This document shows, one piece after another, positions 27,001 to 37,287 of a stretch of DNA of 64,000 bases; the first letter of the stretch is position 1; each line of letters opens with the position of its first letter. The DNA is from Bugula neritina (taxonomy: Eukaryota > Animalia > Bryozoa). The notes beneath the pieces are model-generated. The model saw only the letters and a program-made list of their open reading frames with translations. It was not told the DNA's origin and did not search any database. The stretch covers positions 8,044,889 to 8,108,888 of the forward strand of contig OZ037772.1 of assembly GCA_964035545.1 (NCBI GenBank), given 5' to 3'. Position numbers and translations under genes: made by a program.

Positions 27001-30000
27001 GTGTCACCCATTGCTCTAAATATTTTTCATGAACTTATGATTTGTCCCACTCACAGTGCAGTGGTCTAATTACAGCTCATACATTCACTTTCAAAGAACA
27101 CTGCTATAACCAGGGTTCTAGACTTTAGCCTCTATAGAGCAGGGCTGTCCAACAGGTTACCCCAGAGCCGGATGTGGCCCCCAGCCTACACATGTGTGGC
27201 CCTCAAAGGCATGACATATAGAATTATTTTGCACACACTTATGAAATAGAGTAGAAAAAAACCACCTTTTGAAAGTCCTATTTTTATGTATGCTAAAAAC
27301 ATACAAGCTGCAGTAACTACTGGGACTTCATTGTGTAATGATTCATAGGAATTTGAAATTTAGAGTAATTTGAAAATTACTGATGCTGTGGCTCCCAGCC
27401 CGAGTGAAATTTTGCAATGTGGCACTCGTCATGGAATGTTCCATTTCAGTGACCCTCGCTCTTGAAAGGTTGGGACGTACACCTCTGGCCTAGAGTCTAG
27501 ATGATCTATATAGATAAAGTCTATATAAAAGTCGGTCGTATTTTCTTTGAGGCCAAATTTATTGACCGACATGACGCAAATGGTTTTGCACTGTAGCATT
27601 AAATTCTACAACCTAGTTGATTATTCTAATTCACCACAACTCTACTCTTTTACACTCTGTTCCTATGACCTATAATTTCACTACTCACTCATTATTTGTT
27701 TGTGACCTATTTACTGAGATAACTTCACAACTATACTCTATAACACTCTGCCCATCTGCCTATTTACTGAGATAACTTCACAACTATACTTCTCTTACAC
27801 TCTGCCCATCTGCCTATTTACTGAGATAACTTCACAACTATACTTCTCTTACACTCTGCCCATATGACCTATTTACTGAGATAGTTTCACAACTATACTC
27901 ACTCATACTCTGCTCCTTCACTGTCACCAAAGTGTAGCCAAGGCTCATCTTCCATGCTATCTTAGCAGCTCACATTATTCTATTTGTCAAAGTAGTTAAG
28001 TCACTATGTAGTAGTGCAGGCGAACTAACCCAGCCAGCATATTATATTATTCTACATTATATCATGCCTGCACCTTTCACTGTCACACAATAAATATTTG
28101 TGGAATTAAAGTTTTGGTTCACAACCAGTGTGCGCCAATTTTAAAAAGGTCAATTCCCTAAAAGTCCTATTGAAATGTGCTTAGCTGGAGATTTAGTGTG
28201 AACGAAATCATCAAGTGGGAGGAATGACTCTACTATGGTCTATAGAAATTAGGAACAAAATGCTGATGTAAAAATGAATTGGGCAGGTGTGTTAGTCTGC
28301 TCACAAAATGTTCTTTCAAAAAATGTAAAACATGACATGTTTACGTTTCAACTCCTTTAATGGGAAGGCATTTCCAGCCGACCTTTAAAAGCATTTAAAT
28401 ACTAAAAACAATTGAATAATTTCCATAACTATTCATTTTGGTGAAACTACATAATGTGAAAAAGCATAATATTCTTTTTTAAAAAGGCAAAATGTAAAGT
28501 TAAACATATTACTTATTTTTGTAGTGAGAATTAAGAGTAGATGGCACAGTGAAAGGACAAAGTGAAGCTATATAGATAAATTTAAATAAATATAAAATAT
28601 TTTAGTGACAAGTAACCTAATAGGTAATATCAATTAAGAATTAAAACACAAGCTAAATCTGCATTGAAGCTATGTTTCAATAATCTAATTGATAGTTTAT
28701 TCCAAATATTCCAATGCAATTTATTTAATGTGAAGACAACTCTACGTTATTTTGTTTAGAGTCACAGTTAAGCCATAAACTCAAACCTATTTCAAATTCA
28801 TGTAGATTATAAGCACTTCACACAAGTTTATATAGTCACTATCCCCGTGAGAAATACTAATGAAAGGGATTTTTGTTAAAACAGGCTAAGGACTCATTCA
28901 TATGTGGCACAGGAGCAATTATGCATGGATGTTCTTCCTAACATCACCAATGGCCTGTGTTTACTAAGCCATTGCTCTAACCCCTAGACCACCCTTTAAC
29001 CCCTAGACCCCGGCTGCTCCTATGTAGGCAGCTGAATTAGATTGCAAATAAAACAGAACCAACTCTGGTCAAAAGTTCCACCTCTGCACTGGAAATTCAG
29101 CTTATAAACTAACCAGCGATTTGCATCTCAAAAAAGCCTAGAAAGTGTTTTATGCAGAATTAAAAATCTATTGAAAGCACTACAAGAGATGCTTCCATGC
29201 TTCAAATGAACAGTCAGTATATAGCAAGAAACAAATAGTAAATTAACTTCAAGTTGGAGCATCTATTTTGAGTGTTACTTGAACATAAACAAGGTAGGTG
29301 CAGTAATGGAGAAATTGAGAAAAGCCTGTGTTCTAGAATAAAAATGTAGCATAAGAATTTTGTTCTCTCGAGAATTTCAACCCTCACTCCAAACCAAAAT
29401 TTAATAATAAAATTAAAGAACTTAGGCTATCTCAATATCTCCACTACTGCTCCTAAATTCGATGTAATCTTACTAACCCAGACAACTATAATGCAAGTGT
29501 CATAAATCTAACAAATCCATCAGCATTAGGAATGTCACAGAAACCATCACGTGGTTCAGTAGCTGGCCTGAGACTAGCAACAACATTTGAGTTCAAACAA
29601 TAGTTGAAGCACGAATAGCTGAGAAAACCTCTGGATAATTAGTTTTGCAATTGATTAGTGAAAATGATGATGAATGTCAGGGGTCTACTATAGATAATGC
29701 ACTTGTTACTCCTAGCAGTGCTTAGCACACTGGTGGTGTTAAATTCCTTATGGCAGTGTTTAGCTAACTGTAGTATATTTCTGTCTGTTTGTCTGTCTGT
29801 ATGTCTGTCTGTATGTCTTTCTGTATATCTACCTACCTACCTACCCATCTATAATCTACCTGTTTATCTATTTGTCTGTCTGTATATCTGTGTGTCTGCC
29901 TGTGCGTTTTCCTCAGCATAGGTTTTTTGCCTCAGTGTGTGGTGGTTAGAAAAGTTCTGATAGTTTGAGAACAAGTCCTAAACCCTCCCAGACATGATAA

Positions 30001-33000
30001 AAAATTTTAGTCAGAAACATAGGTTATGCAAAAATCACCATAACTTAAAAAGTCACATGCAGTTAGTTTTGAGATGGCTAAAGTACTGCTGGGCATTTTG
30101 CAGGTTCTTGGCAGGTAGTTGGTGCGTCATAGCTGTGACATGATGAGCAGGTGCTAAGTAGGACCACCCATGTGCTACTTAAGTGGTGCCCAACAACTCA
30201 GTATATTACCATAACAATAGTTAAGCTTTAGATTCCAATGCTTCAATAATAATTGTTGAAATGCACTGTAAGATCATATTACGAACAACCTGTTTGATAG
30301 TCAGTACAGTCTTAGTACTATAATATTACATCGTATTATCTTATGCAACTTTTTATTATATTTATATACATAATCACATTAAGTTTAGTGACAACACATG
30401 TGATAAAAAGCAACATGCAAATGTTTAGTACAAGTGAAACCCATTCACTTGAAAAGTTAATCAATTTAATTACTTTTTATCACACAACATACTACCACAG
30501 CTGTTTGTTCTCAAGATCTGAATTCTAATAAATATGTTTGCTGGTTGAGGGCCCTAGTTACCCCCTCCCGCCATCTGTTACTAAAACAGTTGCACCCTGG
30601 GCCAGAACTGTCGGAGGCTTTGATTTATTGATAACAGAAATATCAACTCGGTAAACCAATGAAATATGGATGTTGTATTCTAACTATAACTGATTGCATC
30701 CCACTATAGTAATATGTTCCACTAGTTCATCAGAAAATATGTGGTTAATTTGCAGTTAATTTGCATAAGTTAAGCTCCTCTTTACAAAATCTATGGTGCA
30801 GAAACAACTGCCTCTACAGCATATCATATACCACAGGTTGCACCTAGACTATGATGTACCCAAGGGTTAAATGACAAAGTGATGGCAATGGATGCACCTA
30901 GACTATGATGTACCAAAGGGTTAAATGACAAAGTGATGGCAATGGATGCACCTAGACTATGATGTACCAAAGGGTTAAATGACATAGTGATGGCAATGGA
31001 TGCATCTAGGTCAAGTTGTACCAACTCTACAAGAGTTCTAATCCATAGTGACCTCTACCAATTCCACTTCTAGACGTCTAAAAATTCTGTGCTGTTGTGA
31101 CATTCTCATTAAAGTTTAATTTAAAGTACTTCGCTATTTTCAAGATGCCAAACTCCTAGTTCATGTTTTTGTTGTCTCCTCCACGTTATTTACTTTCAGT
31201 AGAAAAAGTAGAAAAGAAAAGAAAAGAAAATATTCAGTGTGCAGCAGACAACCTCTCTATCTTTCTGAGAGTGTAATCTGCTGAATATTCCATGGAATGT
31301 AATTTACTGTTTTTATTTCAGACTGATATCTGCAGATTATTAAAAAGTGTAATTTGCAGACTTTTACAGAAGGCGTTGCCGGCTGAATATTCAATTTACA
31401 GAGTGTAATCTACTGAATACTGCAAAGTGTAATCTGCTGAATATCAATATGCTAGAGAGTTTAATCTACTAAGTATTACAGAGAGTGTATTCTGCTGAAC
31501 ATTACAAAGTGTAATCTACTGACTCACGTCGGATAAGGAGGGATGACTCTAAGATGATTTGAATTTAATCCACTACTCATCATTCACAATGGCGTGTCTG
31601 TTTTCTGCATATTCTATATGACGAAATGATTTCTGACGGCACGAGTGAGAATCTACACTTTTACACTTAGTAGATGATCTCTTTCCTTATGATCTGTTTT
31701 ACTACGTCACCCGAACATCTTTGCTACGCTTGGCACAGTTTGGGCCCACGTGTTCATTTCATCATAAGCAAATTAGTAAACAATTACACGCAAGGTGTTA
31801 GTTTTAGTGCAAACAAACTTTAGCCAATCATTGTGCATAGTTGTATAGAACGCCACGCCCACTTTTCTGTTGTTAGTGCAACAAGAATGAAGATAATTTA
31901 TTTTGGAACTTCAGTACGAGTTTACCTTGCCAAATGCTCGGAGGGAAGTACTTTTATTAAATTAGCCAATCACAGCACATATAACAACCAAAAAGACACG
32001 ACACCGCGCCCACTATTTCAACGGCTATATAACAAGCAATATTGCATTGTATTGTATTGTTGCCATAAATATAATAAAACATAGTACTAATAATTTAGAT
32101 ATGTTTATCATCCAAGTATTGCAGCCATTTTTATTTCTAGAATATAGAAAACTCACACAAGTTTATAGTCACTATCCCTGTGAGAAACTCCTGATGGAAG
32201 GGGTTTTTATTAAATCGGGCTAAGTACTTATTTAAATGAGGCACAGGAGCAATTATGACTGGATGCTCTTCCTAACATCACCAATAGCCTTTACTGGAAT
32301 TAAAACCCATGACTTCGTGTTTGTTAGGCAATTTTATTGTACTTTTACTCTGTTTTACTTTATTTAACTTATTTTCATGTTATATTTTTATGAATGATCA
32401 TTATAAAATCATGAGTACACAACTCCGACCTTACATTAGCCACAGCTACACGTAGTACTTCTTTAGCAACACTTACTGCAATGTTAAACATGCTTATGGT
32501 GCCGACAACTCCCAAGGTATAAAGAGGACAACTACTGTCTTAATTAGCTGATTTATAATAAAATATAGAACCTATATAACTAGATTTCATTCTATTTGTA
32601 ATATTGCTCTATAAAGTGGCATGCTATAGAGTGAATAGTGGTACTGATCATTTTGATTTTAGAACTCTAATAATTTTTAGATATTGACTCTAACATTCAT
32701 CATCGCAATTATTTTTCTAATTTAATTTTTTATAAAGGATTTTTAGATAAATTATAAGAATATAATACTATTTTAAAATAGTCTGAGTCAAGTCTATATT
32801 ACAGTAATAAATGTCAAGGACAGAAAGAGTCAAACTAACTAAAAAGTGCGCAAATTTGGAATATTTTGCTGATGGTTATAAATACAAAAGTGAATTATTA
32901 TTTGTAATAAAGGAAATTAGAAGTTAAAAGTCATTTATGACATAGACATTGACAGTCTGAAATAAAAACGTTTAAATATAATACAGTATATAGAAGCTAT

Positions 33001-34214
33001 CACAGATGTAAAAAACTGCAATGTCAAACTTATGCAGTTATAAGTCATAGTGAGTTATAATAAAACTATAGTAAACTTTTTCATTCTCAAAGCATGACTA
33101 GATATTTAAACAAAACGAAATGATGGCTTGTTTTGTTGTTAGTCCAACACATGACCTGCAGGCTATTGTAATGAACACTAGTGAATAAATGTATCTTACT
33201 ATCAATACTCTAATGCTGCTGTCTTATAACATACATAAACTATTAGTCACATGACTTCTATATATTATAACAAAGTAAAAGCAATAATGTGTATATAAGC
33301 CTACGCTTGCAGGTGTTTTCAATCTTTTTGTAAAACAAGTTATGAAATATATTGATTTTAGTACTAAATAAGCTATATCTTCTCATGTATTTGATTTATG
33401 TAACATGTGCTGCAAAGTATTAATAATAGTAGACTAGACTAGACTCCAGTAGTGAAAGTCTAAATAAAGTAAAGTTGATCGAATCCAAGAATGTTTGATG
33501 ACTTCACAACTGCTGTAGTCATTTATATAAAGACAGAAGACTCTCGTCAGAATAGGGGAGAATAGTACAGAAGAGTAATAATTTCACACTGAAGTGCTGA
33601 CAGATTTTATGACTTTGGATTATAAAACCAATTAAAATAAACACAGGACAACTTTAATTTCTCATAATTAGGTGCTGTATAGAGAAAATTCAAAAGCCTA
33701 TTTTTTCTAATTTTTTTAATTAGTTTTACTTAGGACCTTTCTATAACAAATTTTATCTATAACATAGGTTTTTCTCAATTTTCTTCCATTGTCCAGTATT
33801 ACATAGATTGACAGTCTATATTATTGTCAAGATTGAATACCAATCCATGCAAACCCTCAGTATATATGTGATGTTTAAATTTTGTTCGGCCAAACCGTAT
33901 GTCCCAATGATGAAACACAAGCTCGATATGTGAAGTCAAGGCAAAAATGTAAATGATAACAAGATAATATACTGTTCTGTCATTTATTACCTCAGATATA
34001 ACCTTTTACTCATTTGATATTCGGTAATTTAAAGTGATTTAATCTGCTACACTGAAACTAAGGCTACACACTAGTTGAAACTGAAGCATGTTACGGAGTT
34101 GCCTCACCTTCGGTCATCCTCTGTACCGAGAGCATAGTCTCCAAGAATCAAGTCCCTGAACCTGTAGCGGGGTGCCACAGGAATAATGTTTTCGTCTAAA
34201 TATTCATCCGACAT
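2979..34214 (-). CDS. KCNT: Potassium channel subfamily T (Slo2 / Slack-Slick type), whole gene, 29 coding exons, ~1171 aa
   Basis: Exons join in phase (3516 nt). N-terminus [33 protein letters not shown], pore [11 protein letters not shown] motifs [58 protein letters not shown] and SYVIINP are all diagnostic of KCNT1/KCNT2/Slo2. Confidence 0.97.
3223..3426 (+). mobile_element. tRNA-derived SINE (family A)
   Basis: A box TGGTCTACGGG, B box GGTTCGAACCC; body shared with about 10 copies in the window. Confidence 0.88.
3517..3625 (-). CDS. KCNT: KCNT exon 28
   Basis: IYVLRP...; donor GAG|GTAAGT. Confidence 0.85.
3745..3975. repeat. 29-bp minisatellite, about 8 copies
   Basis: taggtcaagtgtgataaacccttaactt(t/g). 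Confidence 0.9.
3998..4085 (-). CDS. KCNT: KCNT exon 27
   Basis: [18 protein letters not shown]. Confidence 0.92.
4341..4467 (-). CDS. KCNT: KCNT exon 26
   Basis: [19 protein letters not shown] (compare ERQELSELVKNRMKHLGLP). Confidence 0.9.
4491..7292. repeat. 20-bp satellite array (~2.8 kb, ~140 units) filling KCNT intron 25
   Basis: tactactatacagtgtaata with 17-bp deletion variants. Confidence 0.98.
7319..7444 (-). CDS. KCNT: KCNT exon 25
   Basis: [14 protein letters not shown]...IPIGIYRT. Confidence 0.95.
8219..8404 (-). CDS. KCNT: KCNT exon 24
   Basis: [30 protein letters not shown]. Confidence 0.97.
8500..8648 (+). mobile_element. Degenerate SINE family A copy
   Basis: gtcataattgctcctgtg...atcaggag...gactataaa. 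Confidence 0.6.
8716..8827 (-). CDS. KCNT: KCNT exon 23
   Basis: [22 protein letters not shown]...LSKLEK. Confidence 0.96.
8983..9067. repeat. 37-bp tandem duplication spanning the exon 22 donor
   Basis: gcaacaatagtagacttacttgaagaga repeated with a 37-nt period. Confidence 0.9.
9039..9173 (-). CDS. KCNT: KCNT exon 22
   Basis: [18 protein letters not shown]...[16 protein letters not shown]. Confidence 0.95.
9299..9370 (-). CDS. KCNT: KCNT exon 21
   Basis: [23 protein letters not shown]. Confidence 0.93.
9633..9781 (-). CDS. KCNT: KCNT exon 20 (RCK2 start)
   Basis: [12 protein letters not shown]...LRPIVLFLE. Confidence 0.95.
9876..10011 (-). CDS. KCNT: KCNT exon 19
   Basis: PPVAPYIG...LCHL...CCLQL. 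Confidence 0.93.
10024..10100. repeat. 22-bp minisatellite
   Basis: gcagtaatatagtattacaca(g/a). Confidence 0.85.
10376..10582 (-). CDS. KCNT: KCNT exon 18
   Basis: RRKPSIAPV motif. Confidence 0.9.
10995..11232. repeat. 18-bp minisatellite
   Basis: tgtagaagtgttgacatg. Confidence 0.9.
11248..11359 (-). CDS. KCNT: KCNT exon 17
   Basis: SAALNIAK...NNHFL; phase 1-2, canonical sites. Confidence 0.85.
11378..11551. repeat. 18-bp minisatellite
   Basis: gtgtcacatagcaacaga. Confidence 0.92.
11669..11808. mobile_element. Palindromic MITE (family C); related copies near 21836, 26860, 36757, 38260, 39625 and 58705
   Basis: TIR ttctataagcagctccgagttg / caacccagagctggttatagaa. Confidence 0.75.
12497..12523 (-). 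CDS. KCNT: Candidate 27-nt KCNT microexon (APDLHGPYT)
   Basis: T-rich...atatag|CACCTGATCTGCATGGCCCGTATACAG|gtatga; symmetric phase 1, GC-rich island in an AT-rich intron. Confidence 0.5.
13490..13513 (-). CDS. KCNT: Candidate 24-nt KCNT microexon (GMVASGVA)
   Basis: tttcaag|GTATGGTGGCCTCAGGAGTTGCAG|gtac; symmetric phase 1, no stop. Confidence 0.55.
13959..14004 (-). CDS. KCNT: KCNT exon 16 ([15 protein letters not shown])
   Basis: AG/GTGAGT sites; phase 0-1 bridges exons 15 and 17. Confidence 0.8.
14214..14361 (-). CDS. KCNT: KCNT exon 15
   Basis: YGVCLIGV...LLLNPGP...ITKEEHS. Confidence 0.94.
14692..14841 (-). CDS. KCNT: KCNT exon 14 (ends at a GC donor)
   Basis: [14 protein letters not shown]...[11 protein letters not shown]; only AG|GCATGT keeps the frame into the next exon. 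Confidence 0.9.
15008..15116 (-). CDS. KCNT: KCNT exon 13
   Basis: [35 protein letters not shown]. Confidence 0.96.
15699..15807 (-). CDS. KCNT: KCNT exon 12
   Basis: [13 protein letters not shown]...[16 protein letters not shown]. Confidence 0.95.
16169..16269 (-). CDS. KCNT: KCNT exon 11
   Basis: [25 protein letters not shown]. Confidence 0.95.
16356..16455 (-). CDS. KCNT: KCNT exon 10
   Basis: YYVVLLSP...[15 protein letters not shown]. Confidence 0.95.
16725..16886 (+). mobile_element. ~160-bp MITE (family B)
   Basis: TIRs taggtgcagtaatggagaaa / tctccactactgctccta; at least 8 copies in the window. Confidence 0.85.
16991..17155 (-). CDS. KCNT: KCNT exon 9
   Basis: [15 protein letters not shown]...[11 protein letters not shown]. 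Confidence 0.97.
17255..17520. repeat. Degenerate ~23-bp minisatellite
   Basis: ccatggtaacagctg core. Confidence 0.8.
17524..17707 (-). CDS. KCNT: KCNT exon 8 (pore loop TVGYGD and S6)
   Basis: CGIQHLQR...[18 protein letters not shown]. Confidence 0.98.
17735..18100. repeat. 20-bp minisatellite
   Basis: cattaactacaacagtacta. Confidence 0.9.
18277..18371 (-). CDS. KCNT: KCNT exon 7 (NDVHR...S5)
   Basis: In phase; matches the NDFHR...QS segment. Confidence 0.92.
18448..18610 (+). mobile_element. MITE family B
   Basis: Same TIRs and internal aagcctgtgttctagattagaaatgtagc. Confidence 0.85.
18767..18853 (-). CDS. KCNT: KCNT exon 6 ([30 protein letters not shown]4)
   Basis: NLFIPVFLN motif; acceptor lies inside the last unit of a 25-bp array. 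Confidence 0.95.
18844..19568. repeat. 25-bp minisatellite (~29 copies) containing the exon 6 acceptor
   Basis: ctacaagaaagtataaccaaagtaa. Confidence 0.97.
19790..19895. repeat. 15-bp minisatellite, about 7 copies
   Basis: gtgccattattacct. Confidence 0.92.
20095..20278 (-). CDS. KCNT: KCNT exon 5 (S2-S3)
   Basis: WWVNRHL...LSYKGNI...LEIITTVPF. Confidence 0.95.
20343..20501 (-). mobile_element. MITE family B
   Basis: Reverse-orientation copy. Confidence 0.85.
21071..21151 (-). CDS. KCNT: KCNT exon 4 (AECVTLSSS...DAIEW, S1-S2 loop)
   Basis: AG/GT sites, phase 2-2. Confidence 0.85.
21657..21750 (-). CDS. KCNT: KCNT exon 3 ([23 protein letters not shown]1)
   Basis: Canonical splice sites, in phase. 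Confidence 0.95.
22466..22663. repeat. 20-bp minisatellite
   Basis: gtagagctatgtgtagaagt. Confidence 0.9.
22674..22753 (-). CDS. KCNT: KCNT exon 2 ([26 protein letters not shown])
   Basis: ttttag acceptor, GTGAG donor, conserved peptide. Confidence 0.95.
23118..23325 (+). mobile_element. Full-length SINE family A with target-site duplication
   Basis: A/B boxes, T-run 3' end, flanking direct repeat tatttaaaatattt. Confidence 0.92.
23536..23639 (-). CDS. KCNT: Candidate alternative first exon of KCNT ([34 protein letters not shown])
   Basis: GCCATGG Kozak context, CpG-rich open frame, AAG|GT donor in phase 2 compatible with exon 2. Confidence 0.55.
24225..24387 (-). mobile_element. MITE family B
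   Basis: Reverse-orientation copy. Confidence 0.85.
27140..27487. mobile_element. hAT-type (Charlie-like) MITE
   Basis: CAGGGCTGTCCAAC...GGCCC subterminal motifs; end ggttgg..cctctg; flanks ctatagag/gcctagag resemble an 8-bp TSD. Confidence 0.65.
27705..27915. repeat. ~55-bp tandem repeat, about 4 copies
   Basis: cctatttactgagataacttcacaactatact...acactctgccca. Confidence 0.88.
28817..29020 (-). mobile_element. SINE family A
   Basis: Reverse complement of the family consensus; duplicated A-box segment. Confidence 0.85.
29295..29455 (+). mobile_element. MITE family B
   Basis: Both TIRs intact. Confidence 0.87.
30838..31010. repeat. 54-bp tandem repeat, about 3 copies
   Basis: gcacctagactatgatgtaccaaagggttaaatgacaaagtgatggcaatggat. 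Confidence 0.92.
31268..31525. repeat. Degenerate tandem repeat abutting the candidate alternative-exon donor
   Basis: Recurring gtgtaatct(g/a)ctgaata. Confidence 0.7.
31528..31583 (-). CDS. KCNT: Candidate alternative first exon of KCNT ([18 protein letters not shown])
   Basis: ATGATG start, GTGAGT donor in phase 2, directly downstream of a promoter-like region. Confidence 0.55.
31690..32030 (-). promoter_or_regulatory. Candidate internal promoter of KCNT
   Basis: Locally CpG-enriched; AGCCAATCA boxes at ~31822 and ~31964, CCACGCCC at 31853, CACGTG at 31747, TACGTCA at 31703. Confidence 0.45.
32148..32330 (-). mobile_element. SINE family A (5'-truncated)
   Basis: Reverse complement of the family consensus. 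Confidence 0.85.
34108..34214 (-). CDS. KCNT: KCNT exon 1 ([35 protein letters not shown])
   Basis: ATG at 34214, donor AG|GTGAG, phase 2; resembles the KCNT2/Slack N-terminus. Confidence 0.9.
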
Positions 34215-35578
34215 CTTTGGAACTTAGTCTAAGGTCCTTGGATCTATGAATGCCAAAACAGCCAGTAATTGCAATATTGAAAAATTCTATAAGTGAATTC
34301 TCGGAAAAGCCTATAACACGCCTCTGTAAGGCATTCAGTTGGCCTCCGTACAGCAACAAGTTAGACTAACTGAAACTTAATCAGCCGAAGAGTCACTTCA
34401 TTTATTCAATTAAAGAAATCAATAACTGATTGTAATGACTTGACTGGATCCACACAATGTACTTAAAATGCTGGTATTGTTCACATTGTTCATCTACTGC
34501 TGTGTTTATGTCATAAAACTGAGAAGTGCCGATTCAAATGCCAACCCATGAACACATAGCATATCGATCTCTCACACAGCAATTTAGAAGGCCAGGATAT
34601 GTTTGCTGTTGTTAGTACAAAGCTTATAGTTGTATATAGCCTAACTTCAGGGAAAGGACATGAGGAAGTAAAAGGACAGCGGGGAGGGGGGTGAGAATTT
34701 AAGTTCAACAGACAACTTACTATATTGTTACACACACATAACACACACACAATATACTATATAGCAATGTGAATCACTAATTGACTGAAAAGTATTTAAA
34801 CAAATTAATGCAACACATAATGGTTTATTAGAGTTCGGGCCATTCAAACCTATCATGGCCTATCTGGAGCATGTAACAACCATTTTATGGTTGCTGTTTT
34901 ATTACTATAGTAAAGTAACAACCACTTTAGTTACAGCTGCTATATTTTAGTATTGCATAGCAGCTATGACTAAAATGTATTTTTCACATTGCAACTAAGA
35001 CAGGCTGCGTTATGTTATAGATCTTCAGGCATTTGCTATATGTCAAAGCCAGTTAATGCACATACTGCACATACGCAGCTGTGACTTTCTCAGCTAAGCT
35101 GTTTCCACTTTAATGGATATATTAGTTCACATTTTGCATTTTCTCCAAAGCAACAAATGCTGCGTTGAGATAAAACTTCAGCTTTCACCACAATAGACTC
35201 GGCAACCTTAAGTTGGAGGCACTAGAATTCCGCATGGGGAAGATTGTAATCTTAACTACTGTTTAGTTTGATAGCTGATTGGTGGAAATGAAGCACTACC
35301 TGATAGCAATTACTTGCACTGGAAAGCTGCAGTAATATGCTTATTAACAGAAATTGATTACAAATGCTCACAATAATATAGTAATATAATAATACAAGAA
35401 TATAATAATACAATAATATGATAATATAGTAATACAAGAATACAATAATACAATAATACAATAATATAGTAATATAATAATACAATAATTAGAACACCTT
35501 TTGATGAGAAGCCTTCTTATTTTAAAAAATCAACTTTAAAATCTGAGTTCATGTTCAAAATTGTAGCTTTAGAGTAGG

Positions 35579-35738
35579 TAGGTGCAGATATGAAGAAATT
35601 GAAGAAAGCCTGTGTTCTAGATTAGAAATCTAGCATAAGAAGTTACGTTTTTGTGAGAATTTCAACCAGCGCCCCAAACCAAAATTTTACAAAAAATTAA
35701 AGAACTTAGGCTATCTTAATTTCTCCACTGCTGCTCCT
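35579..35738 (+). mobile_element. MITE family B
   Basis: Both TIRs present. Confidence 0.85.
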
Positions 35739-37079
35739 GAATGCTTTAGAGTCCTAAATTTTCAGAACAGCTTTTATTGTTTTACATCTCACGTTACCAC
35801 TAAATCCATTTTCTTTGCAAAATCCTTAATCTTTTGTTGCTTGTATTTTCACATCACGTTTGACTGGGAAAGTTTTCATAACACTTGAAATTGTTTAGTT
35901 AACTGAAGGCACATGACTACTTGCTTTAAATTTAGAAAACTGCAAATGTAAACATTCATATCAGTGGAGTAATTTAAACCTAGTAAGCTGTAAACCCAAC
36001 ACCTACCTTTAAGCAAGATCTTTTATGATTACACTTACATCTCTTATGCATGATTACTTACATTGGAACTACTAAAACATTGAGAGAAAAGTCTACAAGA
36101 TTTCGATGTATATCTTTGCCTGTCAGAAAAATGATCAACTGCAGATGCTATGTAAAAGATATGTTAGGAATTGGAAAACAGTTTGAATCTCTTTCTCATC
36201 ATTCTGGAATTTTTCCTTCATCATAGAGCTAAGAAGTGTAAATAATTGCATTACGTTACTTGCATAACCTTGTAAGGTTGATGTGAGAAAGTTTGTAATC
36301 CAAAGTTACTGTGTAACACTCTGTACTAATCCATGTGTAGCTTCCCACCTAGCCCTTTTAGAACATTGATGATATTCAAGAAACTATAACACTGACAACT
36401 GCTTTTCTTTTGAAAGGAATAAACAGAGATACCATAGCTAAATCATGTGACACTTTTAAAGTTTAAATAACCAATGCAGTTTGCTACAACTGGCTGTTAC
36501 ATTTATATGATATTGAAAATCAATTTGTGGGTGAAAAAGTATCAATAGGCTGAGTTTTCTGTATTTTCTTTATGAATTTGAGAATTTTGTGAGAACATAA
36601 TTTTTTGTCTTTTTTTCATCTAAAACACTTCATTTGCGTTGATGCTGCAGTCTTACAGTTAGAAGGTCCTTCAACCCAATTACAGCATTGAGTCACACCA
36701 AAATTTACTACTGTAGTTTAATGACCTGTTAATACTTGCCATCATTTGCTTGAATCATTCTATAAGCAGCGCTGAGTTGGGGGTGACTGAGTACAGCAGT
36801 TTGAGATTCTCGAATTTGAAGTTGGAGGTCGCAAGTTCCAACCTAAACCCCCAACTCTAAACTTGAGAATCTCAGACTATATATTTGAGTTTAAGGTTTG
36901 AGTTTGGGTGTGGGCAAGTTTAACCAGTGTGCCAGTTTTATCTACTTTTCCAGTTGTGTCATCATTACCTGCGTCATTATCACCTAAAATTGAACTAAAT
37001 TGTGGACTTTACAGTTACAATGTTAAACTCGAATCTGTTTAAAGTGTCCATTCCTGTGGGAATTCATGGGCAGGTTAAA

Positions 37080-37226
37080 GACTCTATCTCTAACCATACA
37101 GCATGGTTGGAAGGCTTTTTGCTGTGGAGTAATTATGCCCAGGGGCTTTTTGCTGACATCACCTAAGACTCACCCGTGACCTTGAGTCATACTAGACCAG
37201 CTCCCTAACCCCTAGGTCAGGCTGCA
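37080..37226 (-). mobile_element. Degenerate SINE family A-like copy
   Basis: ctaacccctagg..ggctgc head, tgacatcacc core. Confidence 0.45.
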
Positions 37227-37287
37227 TATTAAGTTACAATGTTAAACATTATAATGATATCTGTGCTAAGTCTTACATGGCTCTTTG

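Noticed and set aside
24400-31200. Nested gene or autonomous transposon within KCNT intron 1
   Set aside because: No long ORF and no recognisable transposase or reverse-transcriptase motifs; only MITEs, SINEs and short repeats were seen
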